This document shows, piece by piece, positions 24,036-35,558 of a stretch of 64,000 nt of DNA (position 1 is its first letter; each line of letters opens with the position of its first letter). The stretch is from Squalus acanthias (Eukaryota). The stretch spans positions 6,946,001 to 7,010,000 of the forward strand of contig CM059433.1 in NCBI GenBank assembly GCA_030390025.1. The letters run 5' to 3'. Under the pieces are notes generated by a model. That model searched no databases. It was not told the origin of the DNA and worked only from the letters and a program-made list of their open reading frames with translations. Both the position numbers and the translations under genes were made by a program.

Positions 24036-24769
24036 AGATTATGTATAGCATTGACCAGATGCAAATAAAAAGTCCATTGATTCAGCCCCCAACAATGTGC
24101 CTCAGTCCCATCTTCTTTAGATTATCCTTGCTGCACCAGTGTGAAGTTTTCCCACACCATGGTTTCTTTCAGTGAGATTGCCAATTGTTGCTAAATTAGG
24201 AGCTTTCTTTTTTGCTGTGTACAACTGCAACCACCAGAAATGAGATTGGGACTTTTCAAAGTTATTTATCTCGTAGCCCTTACAGCTTCCCAGTTTCGAT
24301 TGGATTTAAACCCAGAGCTCAGAGGTGATAGGGCAGTGCGCAAATCTGGTGTGTAACTCGGCCCCCAGTTCATCATACTTTTTATACAGAATTTAGCCCA
24401 CATTCTCCATGTGTGCTGGTTCCTCTGAATCCAATTGTTAAACAACCATTTTTAAACAGCCCGGCAATGGCAGGAGAATCTGACACAGAGGGCTGGATTT
24501 TGTCAGTGTGGGCGGGCTGAGGCATGTCAGGTGGAAATCGTGTCAGGACCCCGACTCCGAAGTGATGTGTTGAAAAGGTGGGATTTTCCCCTAATTGGGC
24601 AATTGATTTCCTGCATGTGGGAACCACTGGCCCAATGAGTCTTTTCATACAGAAAGTCGCCTCCGATGACGTCATCAATTCTGTTGGATTTAAGGCCTGC
24701 AAGCAGCCTTGATTCTTCTGGAGACTGCAAAGGCTCTGCAATTTATATGAAGGAGTTGAATTGTGGAAA

Positions 24770-26702
24770 ATGTCAACGATCAAGCAAAAGTGTGCTCCTC
24801 GATTTGATGAGCCCTCCCTCCAAGCTCTGGTGCACGGAGCCAGATGTAATAAGGAGGTGCTGTTCCCTTCCTCAGGGAGGAAAAAGCCACCCCAGCAGAC
24901 TAAAGCTGTGTGGCTACAAGTGGCCCAGGAGGTCAACTCCATTTCGCTGAGCCGCAGAACCTGGCTGCAATGCAGGAACAGGTTTCATGATCTTCTCCGC
25001 ACAGGAAAAGTGAGTATGACTTTCCCATCACCCTCAATCTGATCCCCATCGCCTCTCCTCACCAGCACTCTGCTTTGCCAACCTCTTCCTCCACATGCCA
25101 CTTGACGCTTACATCCCTGCACCCTTACCCATTCCCTCTCTCTCTATGGTCACATTCATTTAACTATTCGACCATGCAGCCCTCACACTCCCTATCACTG
25201 TGATGCCATGACAACAACTTTCAACACACAGGGAGAGTCCTTTGTATCCTTCTAAGCATCTATGCTATGGATTCTCTACACTCACTCCTTCATTCTCACT
25301 CAAACTCCACTTGTGTCCCTCATGGCAGGAAAAGAGAGCCCACAATAAGAGGGAAAGAGCCATGACAGGAGGAGGGCCACCCTCAGTAGCCCAGCTCACC
25401 CACTGGGAGGAGGCGGCCCTGGAAATTGCTGGGATCGAGGAGGATACCCAAGTGGGGGACGGACAGACGGGCGCATCACAGCAAGCTGGTGACAGAATAG
25501 TTTGGAATTTCTCTCATTGACATAGCATGAGTCACTGATAATGATTCTGATGCTCTAACAGATTGAGTTATGATCATCTGCAATATTCAATGTGCATGTA
25601 ACCTTGGCCTCACATCTCTCACTCTTTCCTTTACTCCCCCACAGGACCATCGAAAGCCCCCGTCCCCACTATCCAGGAGGAACAGCCTGAGCCTCCAGAC
25701 TCCTCAGAGGAAGCTGCAACCTCTGAGGGCGCAGCGTCAGCAGAATTCAGCGCACCCTGCACCAACACAGACACTCACACCTCGGTGGGACATTCGCGAG
25801 ATAGAGTAGTGTTGTCACCTGGTGTATCACAGCTCACAAGTGAGCATCAGCAGATGGTGGAGACAGGGACAGCAGTGGAGAGTCCACGTCGGAGGGCGCA
25901 GGACTCTGCCAGCTCAGCTCCGCTGCATGTCGACCCTGTGCCTCCGGGTCCATCCAGAAGGAGAGCGGTGCTGGAACTCCAGGAACAGGTGCAGGAGTCT
26001 CTGGCAGGTTTTGTCTCCAGGGTCGTTGTGGAGGCATTGGCGCATGAACATATCACCACTGAAAGGATGGCAACCTACGTGGAAAGGATGGCTACCTCCA
26101 TGGTAAGGCTGGCTACTGTAGAGGAGAGGATGGCTACTGTAGAGGAGAGGATGGCTACGTCCATGGAGGAGCTTAGTCGCCAGGGTATTGAAAACATGGT
26201 CATTGTTCAGAATAGAATGACATCTCTTGAGGGGCGATGGTCAGCTATTGAGCAAACAAATCAGACCTTCATGCAAGTCCTCTGGAGTAGGACTTCCAGT
26301 GCAGAAACGGGTCCTCATGGCCCCCCTGCAGTGCAGCAAGGTGCTGTCAAGCCACTTGCTAGCTCTGAAGTGGGGCTGACCCATGAGAGGGATGTTGGTG
26401 GCAGAGAACAAGGAAGTGTGGGCTCCTCTCCAAGTGCTCACACGACCATGCCACAGCAAAGCCCTCGGTCAGAGCCCCACCAGAGTCCTCACCCAACTGA
26501 GATGGGCATCTCAGCCCCTGCACAGCCGCAGGAGCAGCAGACTGTTGGCGAGCCCGCACAGGTTCGCCACCCCAGAGGACGCTCGCCAAAGGCGTCGAGA
26601 CAGGAGCAGCAAGAGAGTGAGCAAGGGGCCTCCACATCTGCTGAAGCCACAGGGGAAGCACCACGTAGGAGCACGCGTAAGAGGAAGATAAAGCACAAGT
26701 AG
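24770..26702 (+). CDS. Harbinger Myb/SANT-like (trihelix, NAIF1/MSANTD-type) DNA-binding protein; predicted exons 24770-25009, 25329-25488, 25645-26702; 485 aa
   Basis: Encodes APRFDEPSLQALV...WLQVAQEVNSISLSRRTWLQCRNRFHDL, then EKRAHNKRERAMTGGGPP. Canonical GT-AG introns of phase 0 and 1 give one 1458-nt open frame ending in PRRSTRKRKIKHK. Confidence 0.8.
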
Positions 26703-26959
26703 TCACAAGGGTAGTCACTTGGGTGCTGTATTGTTTGTTTTTGGACCAGCCATCATTGTAAATGTATTATAAAGTGTTTTGATGGCAAACTGTTGAAGTT
26801 GTGGCCTGTGTCATTTCGCAAATGGGACTTTCACATTGAGGGCTTAGGGCACCTTGTGATTGTCAGAATGGTGGTCAGAGTGATAGGATTCCACAGGTTC
26901 TTGTTCATTGTCGATGCTCTGGTAAGAAGGAGCGAGACTAAAGTGTTTGATTGTGCAGG

Positions 26960-27190
26960 CTAAGCAAATCTGGCTAGGCTGAGCGCGTCCCTTGCATCCC
27001 GGGCAGCAATGTTGTCGCGCGCTGGCGCCTTCTGGCCTGTGCATCTTCAGGTGGGTGACTAGCAGCTTGGCGCTCCTGTTGATGCTCCTGCTGTTGGTGC
27101 TGCTGTTGCTCATGGTTCTGCTGCTGCTGCAGCTGCTCTGCATCCGAATCTGATGTCCAGGAGGAAAGGAATTAAATGGTCGCCATGCTT
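26960..27190 (-). pseudogene. Remnant of the convergent Harbinger transposase (N-terminus joined to C-terminal tail)
   Basis: A Q-rich segment ...PEDAQARRRQRA abuts NIAARDARDALSLARFA*, which resembles the end of the 53583 transposase (NVETARAVCQRLITSRF*). Confidence 0.55.
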
Positions 27191-28902
27191 CTGGTATATG
27201 CCTCAGTTGAGGAAGCGCTTAGTCAAGGTGGGGAGAGGGGTTTCCCAGGAGGTCACACTGCAGATGGGTGTCAGGCTCCAAACCTCCACAACACTGAGTA
27301 GGCCTGCTAAAAGTTCCCCCAGACCTGAAACAACAGCAATCCACTTGTGACGCCGCCAGCATTACCTGGCGTGTTCCAGAGGAGGCGTGTAGGATGGGGG
27401 GAATGTCTAAAAATCAGAAAGGCCTCTCAAAATGGGATTGTAGAGGCAATTAAGTGGTTGTTAAGGGCCTATCCCGCCTCCAAGAGGCGGGATGGAAAGG
27501 GGGTCAGAAAACACACATTTGGGAAAATTGCTCGGAGGCGGGATGGGGCCCGCCCGCCATTTTTGGCGATTTTAACAACTCACACGCCTCCAATCCCGCC
27601 TCCTCAGGCCTGGCAAAATCGAGCCCAGAGTTCGATTCTTATACCGGCTTTGCTCTTTTTTTTATTTTAAGATTTTCACATGATTTTTGCACTTGTGCCA
27701 GTTTAATCTGCTCAGAGTCAGCATAAGGAAACGTAGGTGTAACAGCACCGTGATGGCTCATTATCCTGTTTCTTGGTGGGCATAGAAACCTGCTCAGTGA
27801 AATGAAAAACTACTCCACACCAGTCATTCTCTGATTGATAGCTTTAGAAATCAAATTCGCCCTGTAGCAGAACAAGTCTTACCTTCCAAAAACCCTCCCT
27901 TTCATATTGTGGTTTTGCCCCTGCCTGAAGGTAGCTTAGAATTATTTTTTTTAAGTTTCCTAGGTAACTCAGCATTTCCAGCGCACTTTGTTGGCACACC
28001 CTCCCAAATTTCTGCTGACTAGCAGTCCACAGAGTGCTGAAACAAGTGCTGTTCAAACGCTATCCAGCTACGTTTTAATCAGTTCTGGGTATTTTTCAAC
28101 CTCGCCGTACTCAGACTACCTTTTGAAATTGTAATTTTACTTTTTGCAAAGATACCGAAAAAAAAAACCAGGCAAGTAATGTCCAAACAATTTGTTTATT
28201 CTCAGTATTTTGTTCTGCTTCAGTCTCAAATCACTGGTCTTGTCAAAAACAAATTCAGTTTTTCTGGCACTACATTAAGAGCAAGTACTTGGCGTAATCT
28301 GACACAAATTTGCCCTCGACCAGAGCTGAGTCACGACTTTTAAGAGTCTAGAAGTACAGTATTTTTAGCAGAGACAGATTCATATTTGTTGATCAACAGG
28401 GAACACTCATTTTTTTCCCTGAGAAATCCAAGATTCATTGTGCAGGACACCACCAAGGTTGAAAAGAATAGGAGAGAAGACCAGGTAAATCAAGCAGGTA
28501 AATCAGCTGTGCCATCTTGGGAAGTGCAAAGTAGATCAAAAGATAGTTCACTGAAGGACAGACGCAGTCAAACCATGAGTCAACCTGGGCTGTTGCAATG
28601 TACATTCTATAGGCATGTCTTGACACGAGAATGAACTCAAGAGAGGAATACTTCAAAATAAGGGGGAAATTTTTTTTTTAATGCATTGGGTCACATAGAG
28701 CTCCTGGACTGAATATTATCAAGGGTTAAGTTTTTCTCCATCAAAACTTCGAGGGATCATTTCCATAGTTGGTTTCTAGAAAGAGGCGTTTCTAAACATT
28801 TTAGCCTCCCTAACCATGAGGAGGATTTACAATGTTCTCTTCTGACCAGGAAGTAGACATTGAGTGCTGCTTTAGGCAGCTGCTCTCTCTCATTGATGAG
28901 TG

Positions 28903-29135
28903 CGAAGTCGCACAACACCAGGTTATAGTCCAACAGGTTTATTTGAAATCACAAGCTTTCGGAGCGCTGCTCCTTCGTCAGGTGAAGTGAAGAAATACAA
29001 ATGGGCAAAGCATATATAGACAGAGAACAATGCCTGTGCAGCGTACAATGCCAGACGACTACAGTTAATCTTTCTGACTGCCCTTTATCACACCTCGGCA
29101 GAGAGACAATCACGGCAATCAACTCCAACTCCGCA
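28903..29135 (-). mobile_element. Penelope-like fragment with a hammerhead motif (core at 28975-28981)
   Basis: Minus strand reads TCAC-CTGACGA-AGGAGCAGCGCTCC-GAAA-GCTT-GTGA. Confidence 0.7.
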
Positions 29136-29493
29136 TCATTGATGAGTGTCCTTTCTCTCTCTCATTGATGAGTGTCCTTTCTCTCTCTCATTGATGAGTG
29201 TCCTTTCTCTCTCTCATTGATGAGTGTCCTTTCTCTCATTGATGAGTGTCCTTTCTCTCTCTCATTGATGAGTGTCCTTTCTCTCTCTCATTGATGAGTG
29301 TCCTTTCTCTCTCTCATTGATGAGTGTCCTTTCTCTCTCATTGATGAGTGTCCTTTCTCTCTCTCATTGATGAGTGTCCTTTCTCTCTCTCATTGATGAG
29401 TGTCCTTTCTCTCTCATTGATGAGTGTCCTTTCTCTCTCTCATTGATGAGTGTCCTTTCTCTCTCATTGATGAGTGTCCTTTCTCTCTCTCAT
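29136..29493. repeat. Minisatellite, unit CATTGATGAGTGTCCTTT(CT)n, mostly 24-26 bp
   Basis: Directly visible tandem array. Confidence 0.95.
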
Positions 29494-29699
29494 GGGGGAG
29501 CTGGTGGAAGGGAACACAGTCTAAGGTGAGCAAAAAAGTTAGCGTGAGTGTAAAGCAGGAAATCTGTTTTATATTTATGCTGACCTTTTTGTTCACATTA
29601 GCTAATGAATGGAGAAATATAAATCCCCCATGGTCAGTGGGGGAAAGGGGCAAAGAAAAGTCGGCTCAGTGCTGCACTTACACTGATAAAAAAATGATT

Positions 29700-30975
29700 T
29701 TTTTTTTATTCGTTCCTGGGATGCGGGCGTCATTGGCAAGGCCAGCATTTATTGCCCATCCCTAATTGCCCTCGAGAAGGTAGTGATGAATCGCCTTCTT
29801 GAACCACTGCAGTTCGTGTGGTGAAGGTGCTCCCACAGTGCTGTTAGGGAGGGAGTTCCAGGATTTTAACCCAGCGACGATGAAGGAACGGTGATATACT
29901 TTCAAGTCAGGATGGTGTGTGACTTGGAGGGGAACTTGGAGGTGATGGTGTTCCCATGCGCCTGCTGCCCTTGTCCTTCTAAGTGGTAGAGGTCGCGAGT
30001 TTAGGAGGTGCTGTTGAAGAAGCCTTGGCGTGTTGCTGCAGTGTATCTTGTAGATGGTACACACTGCAGCCACGGTACGCTGGTGATGGAGGGAGTGATA
30101 TTTAAGGTGGTGGATGGGGTGCCAATCAAGCAGGCTGCTTTGTCCTGGATGGTGTCGAGCTTCTTGAGTGTTGTTGGAGCTGCGCTCATCCAAGCAAGTG
30201 GAGAATATTCCATCACACTCCTTACTTGTGCCTTGTAGATGGTGGAAAGGCTTTGGGGAGTCAGGAAGTGAGACAATCGCCGCAGAATACCCAGCCTCTG
30301 ACCTGCTCTTGTAGCCACAGTATTTATGTGGCTGGTCCAGTTAGGTTTCTGGTCAATGGTGACCTCCAGGATGTTGATGGTGGGGGATTCGGTGATGGTA
30401 ATGCCGTTGAATGTCAAGGGGCGGTGGTTAGACTCTTGTTGGAGATAGTCATTGCCTGGCACTTGTGCAAATGTTACTTGCCACTTATGAGCCCAAGCCT
30501 GAATGTCGTCCAGGTCTTGCTGCACGCGGGCATGGACTGCTTCAGTATCTGAGGAGTCACGAATGGAACTGGACACTGTGCAATCATCAGCGAACATCCC
30601 CACTTCTGACCTTATGATGGAGGGAAGAGGGTTAGGCGTAGGACACTGCCCTGAGGAACTCCTACAGAGATGTCCTGGGGCTGTACGTCCTTTGTGCTAG
30701 GTATGACTCCAGCCAGTGGAGAGTTTTCCCCCAATTCCCATTGACTTCAGTTTTACTAGGCTTCTTGATGCCGCACTCGGTCAAATGCTGCCTTGATGCC
30801 AAGGCACTCTCACCTCACCTCTGGAATTCAGCTCTTTTGAAATGTCTGGACGAAGGCTGTAATGAGGTCCAGAGCCGAGTGGTCCTGCCGGACCCAAACT
30901 GAGCATCGGTGAGCAGGTTATTAAGAACATAAGAACAATAACAGGTTATTGATGAGTAAGTGCCTCTTGATAGCA
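29700..30975 (-). mobile_element. CR1/L2-group LINE, RT to 3' end (frameshifted)
   Basis: Encodes NNLLTDAQFG, MFADDCTV...QQDLDDIQAWAHKWQVTF and IYKAQVRSVMEYSPLAW. Confidence 0.9.
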
Positions 30976-30977
30976 CT

Positions 30978-31190
30978 GTCAATATAAAGGCTAACATTCC
31001 ATTAGGCTTTTTGATTATTTTTTGTACCTGACTACTACATTTTAGTGATCTGTGTACATGGACCCCTAAATCTCTTTGGACCTCCATTGTTCCTAGCTCT
31101 TCACCATTTAAAAAATACTTGGATCTATAATTTTATGGTCCAAAATGGATAATTTCACACTTATCTTTGTTGAAATACATCTGCCAGAGT
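30978..31190 (-). mobile_element. CR1 fragment
   Basis: Encodes EVQRDLGVHVHRSLK...GMLAFI. Confidence 0.75.
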
Positions 31191-31412
31191 TGGGGGAGTG
31201 TATTATGTGGGAGATTGTGCTACAACAAGCTGAGATTTTAATGATTTGAGTAACTATGTTGGCAATTCAGGAGATGGAAGAAAAGTATTTTTCATTGCCA
31301 AATTAACAAGTCTATACTGAAATTATTGAGTTCAATTTCTCTTCTTTATGGATTTAGGTATAACACAATTGTAGTTGCCAGGGCATTTCTAAAATGTATT
31401 TACATTAGATTT

Positions 31413-32193
31413 AGAAACATAGAACATAGAAAAATAGGAGCTGGAGTAGGCCATTCGGCCCTTCGAGCCTGCTCCTGCCATTCAATATGATCATGACTGA
31501 TCCCCTATCTTAATACCATATTCCCGCTCTCTCCCCATACCCCTTGATGCCTTTTGTGTCTAGAAATCTATCTATCTCCTTCTTAAATATATTCAGTGAC
31601 TTGGCCTCCACAGCCTGCTGTGGTAGAGAATTCCACAGGTTCACCACCCTCTGAGTGAAGACATTTCTCCTCATCTCAGTCCTAAATGTCCTACCCTGTA
31701 TCCTGAGACTGTGACCCCTCGTTCTAGACCCCCCAGCCAGGGGAAACATCCTCCCTGCATCCAGTCTGTCTAGCCCTGTCAGAATTTTATACTTTTCAAT
31801 GAGATCCCCTCTCATTCTTCTAAACTCTAGTGAACACAGGCCTAGTTGACCCAATCTCTCCTCATACGACAGTCCTGCCATCCCAGGAATCAGTCTGGTG
31901 AACCTTCGCTGCAGGTAAGGAGACCAAAACTGCATACAGTACTCCAGGTGTGGCCTCACCAAGGCCCTGTATAACTGTAGTAAGACATCCTTGCTCCTGT
32001 ACTCAAATCCTCTTGCAATGAAGGCCAACATACCATTTGCCTTCCTGACTGCTTGCTGCACCTGCATGTTTGCTTTCAGTGACTAGTGTACAAGGACACC
32101 CAGGTCCCTTTGTACATCAAAATTTCCCAATCTATCACCATTTAAATAATACTCTGCCTTTCTGTTTTTCCTACCAAAGTGGATAACTTCACA
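31413..32193 (-). mobile_element. CR1 LINE 3' end
   Basis: 185-aa ORF2 C-terminus followed by the 3' UTR and (TTCTATG) tail. Confidence 0.92.
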
Positions 32194-32542
32194 TGTGCAA
32201 AATAATAGAAGCATTTTTAAATCACTCAATTATTCAATATTTCTTGTGCATAATGAATATTTTGGTGTATTTTACATTAATGCATATAGAGGATATTTAT
32301 CAGTAAAGTGTTTCATAGAAGCTCACGCCAAAGGTAAGGACACACCATAATAATTTATAACCACCATTAACATGAATGAGATACAGTATATAGGTTCCCT
32401 TCACATTGCATATCTACTCATACACATCTGTGACCATGTGCCCATTAGGTACTAGCCAACAGACAGAGGAAACTTTCTGGGGTGGATTTGAACCTAGGTC
32501 CCAGAGATACAAGGGGAGCACCTAGCTCACTACACCACCCAG

Positions 32543-32732
32543 TTTCTTCCCTTCCCCTGCTGTCCTCTCCCCTCTCTCCTTTCCCCTTCTCTCCTCTTCC
32601 TTTCTATCCCATTCCTTTCACTCCCCTCTACTCTCCTTCTCTCCCCCTCTCTCCTTCTCTTCCTCCCTTTCCCTTCCCATCCCTACACTACCCTCCTCTT
32701 TCCCTTTCCCTTCCTCTCCGTTCCCATCCCCT
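32543..32732. repeat. Polypyrimidine low-complexity tract
   Basis: Sequence is almost entirely C/T. Confidence 0.85.
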
Positions 32733-33172
32733 ATGTATGATAGTGTTTGAATGTGGTACAAGGTAATTGCTATTTCTTGCAGGGGTTGTTGTGTGGTAGT
32801 GTGAGTGTTTAGATAGTGTGGTGTAATTGTTTAGCCTCACGTGGAAAGATTGTTGCTTAGTAACAGCTGAATATGAAAGCGTTTTCTTGCTGAGGAAGTT
32901 CTGGCCTTATTTGGAAGGTGTGTTCAGGCCTCCTGCACAAATGAAAGAATATTAACCATAAAATGTGTTCAGTAGACTGTATCTCATATCGCAAATCTAT
33001 GTTATACACCTTAGTATCTTGCCATATATAAAATAATTCCTGACAATCTTTAGCTACAAATCTATGTGAATAACATTCATTTACCTTGAAAAATACAAAA
33101 TCCATACAATTTTAATTTAATATCAAATAAATTTGAGTAGAAATTCCTGCCAGCTATATCATTATACTAATA

Positions 33173-33526
33173 CAGGAAACTCTCGTTTAAACGGCACCTA
33201 AATATCTGGAATTCTCTAATAGCCGGCAGAATTCATACTCCGAAAACTACAGTATACAGTCGTTTATAAGTTTTGTTTTACTGTTAAGTAATTAAAGAGT
33301 TATGGATTACCCTCAACTGGCATTACTGTACTTAATCAAGCATCTTCCACCATCCACTTAACAACATTCTGTAGGGGAGTACCCAATTATACTGCACATT
33401 TCTTGATTTTTTAAATTTTTGTTTGTTAAAAATAGCCTCGGTAGATATACCTCTCCGTTATCCGGAATTTTTAATCAACCGGCACCATCCCGGTCCCGTC
33501 GGTGCCGGATACCAAAGAGTTTCCTG
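33173..33526. mobile_element. Tc1/mariner (Tigger/pogo-like) MITE
   Basis: TIRs CAGGAAACTCT/AGAGTTTCCTG flanked by TA on both sides. Confidence 0.75.
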
Positions 33527-33837
33527 TACTTGGTATCTCAAGCCAAATTCCTTTCTCTGTTATTGTAACGGAAGTAGTAACTGGGTAGAATTTTCAGGGG
33601 GGTTCCCTGTTCTCCCGCCTTCACTTCAGCAGAAATCCTGGAGAAAAGGCATAACCTGCCATTTACATCATCTCTCTAGGGTTTCGACTGATCTGCTGAA
33701 GTTGCAGTGCGAGATCGGAAGATCCCCTGCAGAAACTCCAGGCCATAATACTTAGAGTAAGCAGGTTAATGGTTCCATTAAGAAGACAAAATACAGTGTA
33801 CAGTCAACATAATTTTGGTACCTAACTGTATCGTAAG

Positions 33838-34040
33838 TGTGAGAAGTCGCACAACACCAGGTTATAGTCCAACAGCTTTATTTGAAATCACAAGCTTTCG
33901 GAGCGCTGCTCCTTCGTCACCTGACGAAGGAGCAGTGCTCCGAAAGCTTGTGATTTCAAATAAAGCTGTTGGACTATAACCTGGTGTTGTGCGACTTCTC
34001 ACATTTGTCCACCCTAGTCCAACACCGGCATCTCCACATC
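33838..34040. mobile_element. Penelope-like inverted terminal repeat pair (82-bp arms, 1 mismatch)
   Basis: Arms 33838-33919 and 33922-34003 with a 2-nt spacer. Confidence 0.8.
33917..33953 (+). ncRNA. Minimal type I hammerhead ribozyme motif
   Basis: Stem I TCAC/GTGA, core CTGACGA, stem II GGAGC/GCTCC, GAAA, palindromic AGCT in place of stem III, and a UH site at 33948-33949. Confidence 0.65.
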
Positions 34041-34094
34041 ATGTATGGTAAGTGCTGGAGCATAGAATATACCCCAAATCTTCGGTACCTTTGC

Positions 34095-35042
34095 CTTGAA
34101 GCCCCACTACAGGATTTGAGCGCAAGATCTCGGCTGACACTTCAGTACAGTACTGTACAGTACATGATTGTCGGAGATGCTGCCTTGAATGATATGTTAA
34201 ACCGGGGCCAAATCTGCCAGTTCTTTAGCTACAAATCTATGTGACATAAGTGATCCACATTCCACCCTACGTAAACTTGAGGTCATCCAAAACCCGGCTG
34301 CCCGTGTCCTAACCCGCACCAAGTCCCATTCGCCCATCACCCCTGTGCTCGCTGACCTACATTGGCTCCCGGTTAAGCAGCGCCTCGATTTCAAAATTCT
34401 CATCCTTGCATTCAAATCCCTCCATGGCCTTGCCCCTTCCTATCTCTGTAATCTCCTTCAGCCCCACAACCGGCCCCCCCCCCCGCCCCGCCCCCCTCCA
34501 AGATATCTGCGCTCCTCCAATTCTGCCCTCTTGAGCATCCCTGATTATAATCGCTCAACCTTTGGTGGCCGTGCCTTCTGTTGCCTAAGCCCTAAGCTCT
34601 GGAATTCCCTCCCTAAACCTCTCCGCCTCTCTACCTCTCTTTCCTCCTTTAAGATGCTCCTTAAAACCTACCTCTTTGACCAAGCTTTTGGTCATCTGCC
34701 ATGAGCCTTACGTGGATCGGTGTCAAATTTGTCTTAAAATACTCCTTTGCAGCACCTTGGGAGGTTTTACTACGTTAAAGGCAGTATATAAATACATGTT
34801 GTTGTTGTTGATCCATGGCACTATTTGAAGAAGAGTAGAGGAGTTTGGCTTGAGTCCTGGGAAACATTTATCCCTCAACCATCACCAATAAAAACAGATT
34901 AACTGGTCATTCCTCTTGGGATCTTGCTGTCAGCAAATTGGCTGCAGTGTTTGCCTATAAAACAACAGCGAGTACACCTCAGAAGTAATTCATTGCTGTA
35001 AAGTACTTTGGGACATCCTAAGGATTTGAGCGGTGCTATATT
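34095..35042 (+). mobile_element. Decayed Deu-domain SINE split by an L2 insertion
   Basis: The 5' part runs to ~34218 and the element resumes at 34811 (ATCCATGGCACTATTTGAAGAAGAG). Confidence 0.7.
34255..34810 (+). mobile_element. L2 LINE 3' end
   Basis: Encodes LADLHWLPVKQRLDFKIL...LKTYLFDQAF and ends in a (GTT)n tail. Confidence 0.92.
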
Positions 35043-35080
35043 AACACAAATTATTTCTTATCTGATGCCTTCCGACTGTC

Positions 35081-35558
35081 AAGAAAGAAAGATTTACATT
35101 TATATAGCACCTTTCACGCCCACCGGACGTCTCAAAGCACTTTACAGCCAATGAGGTACTTTTTGGAGTGTAGTCACTGTTGTAATGTGGGAAACGCGGC
35201 AGCCAATTCTCACACAGCAAGCTCCCACAAACAGCAATGTGATAATGACCAGATAAACTGTTTTTGTTATGTTGGTTGAGGGATAAATATTGGCCCCAGG
35301 ACACCGGGGATAACTCCCCCTGCTCTTCTTCGAAATAGTGCCCATGGGGATCTTTTACGTTCACCCGAGAGAGCAGACGGGGCCTCGGTTTTGACGTCTC
35401 AGCCGAAAGACAGCACCTCCGACAGTGCAGCACTCCCTCAGCACTGCACTGGAGTGTCAGCCTAGCTTTATGTGCTCAAGTCCCTGGAGTGGGGACTGTG
35501 AACCCACAACCTTCTGACTCAGAGGCGAGTGTGCTACCCACTGAGCCACAGCTGAGAC
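35081..35558 (-). mobile_element. Full-length Deu-domain SINE (SacSINE1-like)
   Basis: A-box TGGCTCAGTGG, B-box-like GGGTTCACAGTCCC, Deu core and a (TTTC)n tail. Confidence 0.92.

Larger units (their letters stand above)
24490..27626 (+). mobile_element. Harbinger transposon with the transposase core deleted and an intact Myb/SANT gene
   Basis: TIRs GGGCTGGATTTTG/CAAAATCGAGCCC; TSD AGA at 24487-24489 and 27627-27629. Confidence 0.9.

Noticed and set aside
29136..29493. Regular repeats as a CRISPR array or hammerhead satellite (TGATGAG)
   Set aside because: There are no unique spacers; the motif is TTGATGA with no downstream GAAA or stems on that strand; the context is eukaryotic.
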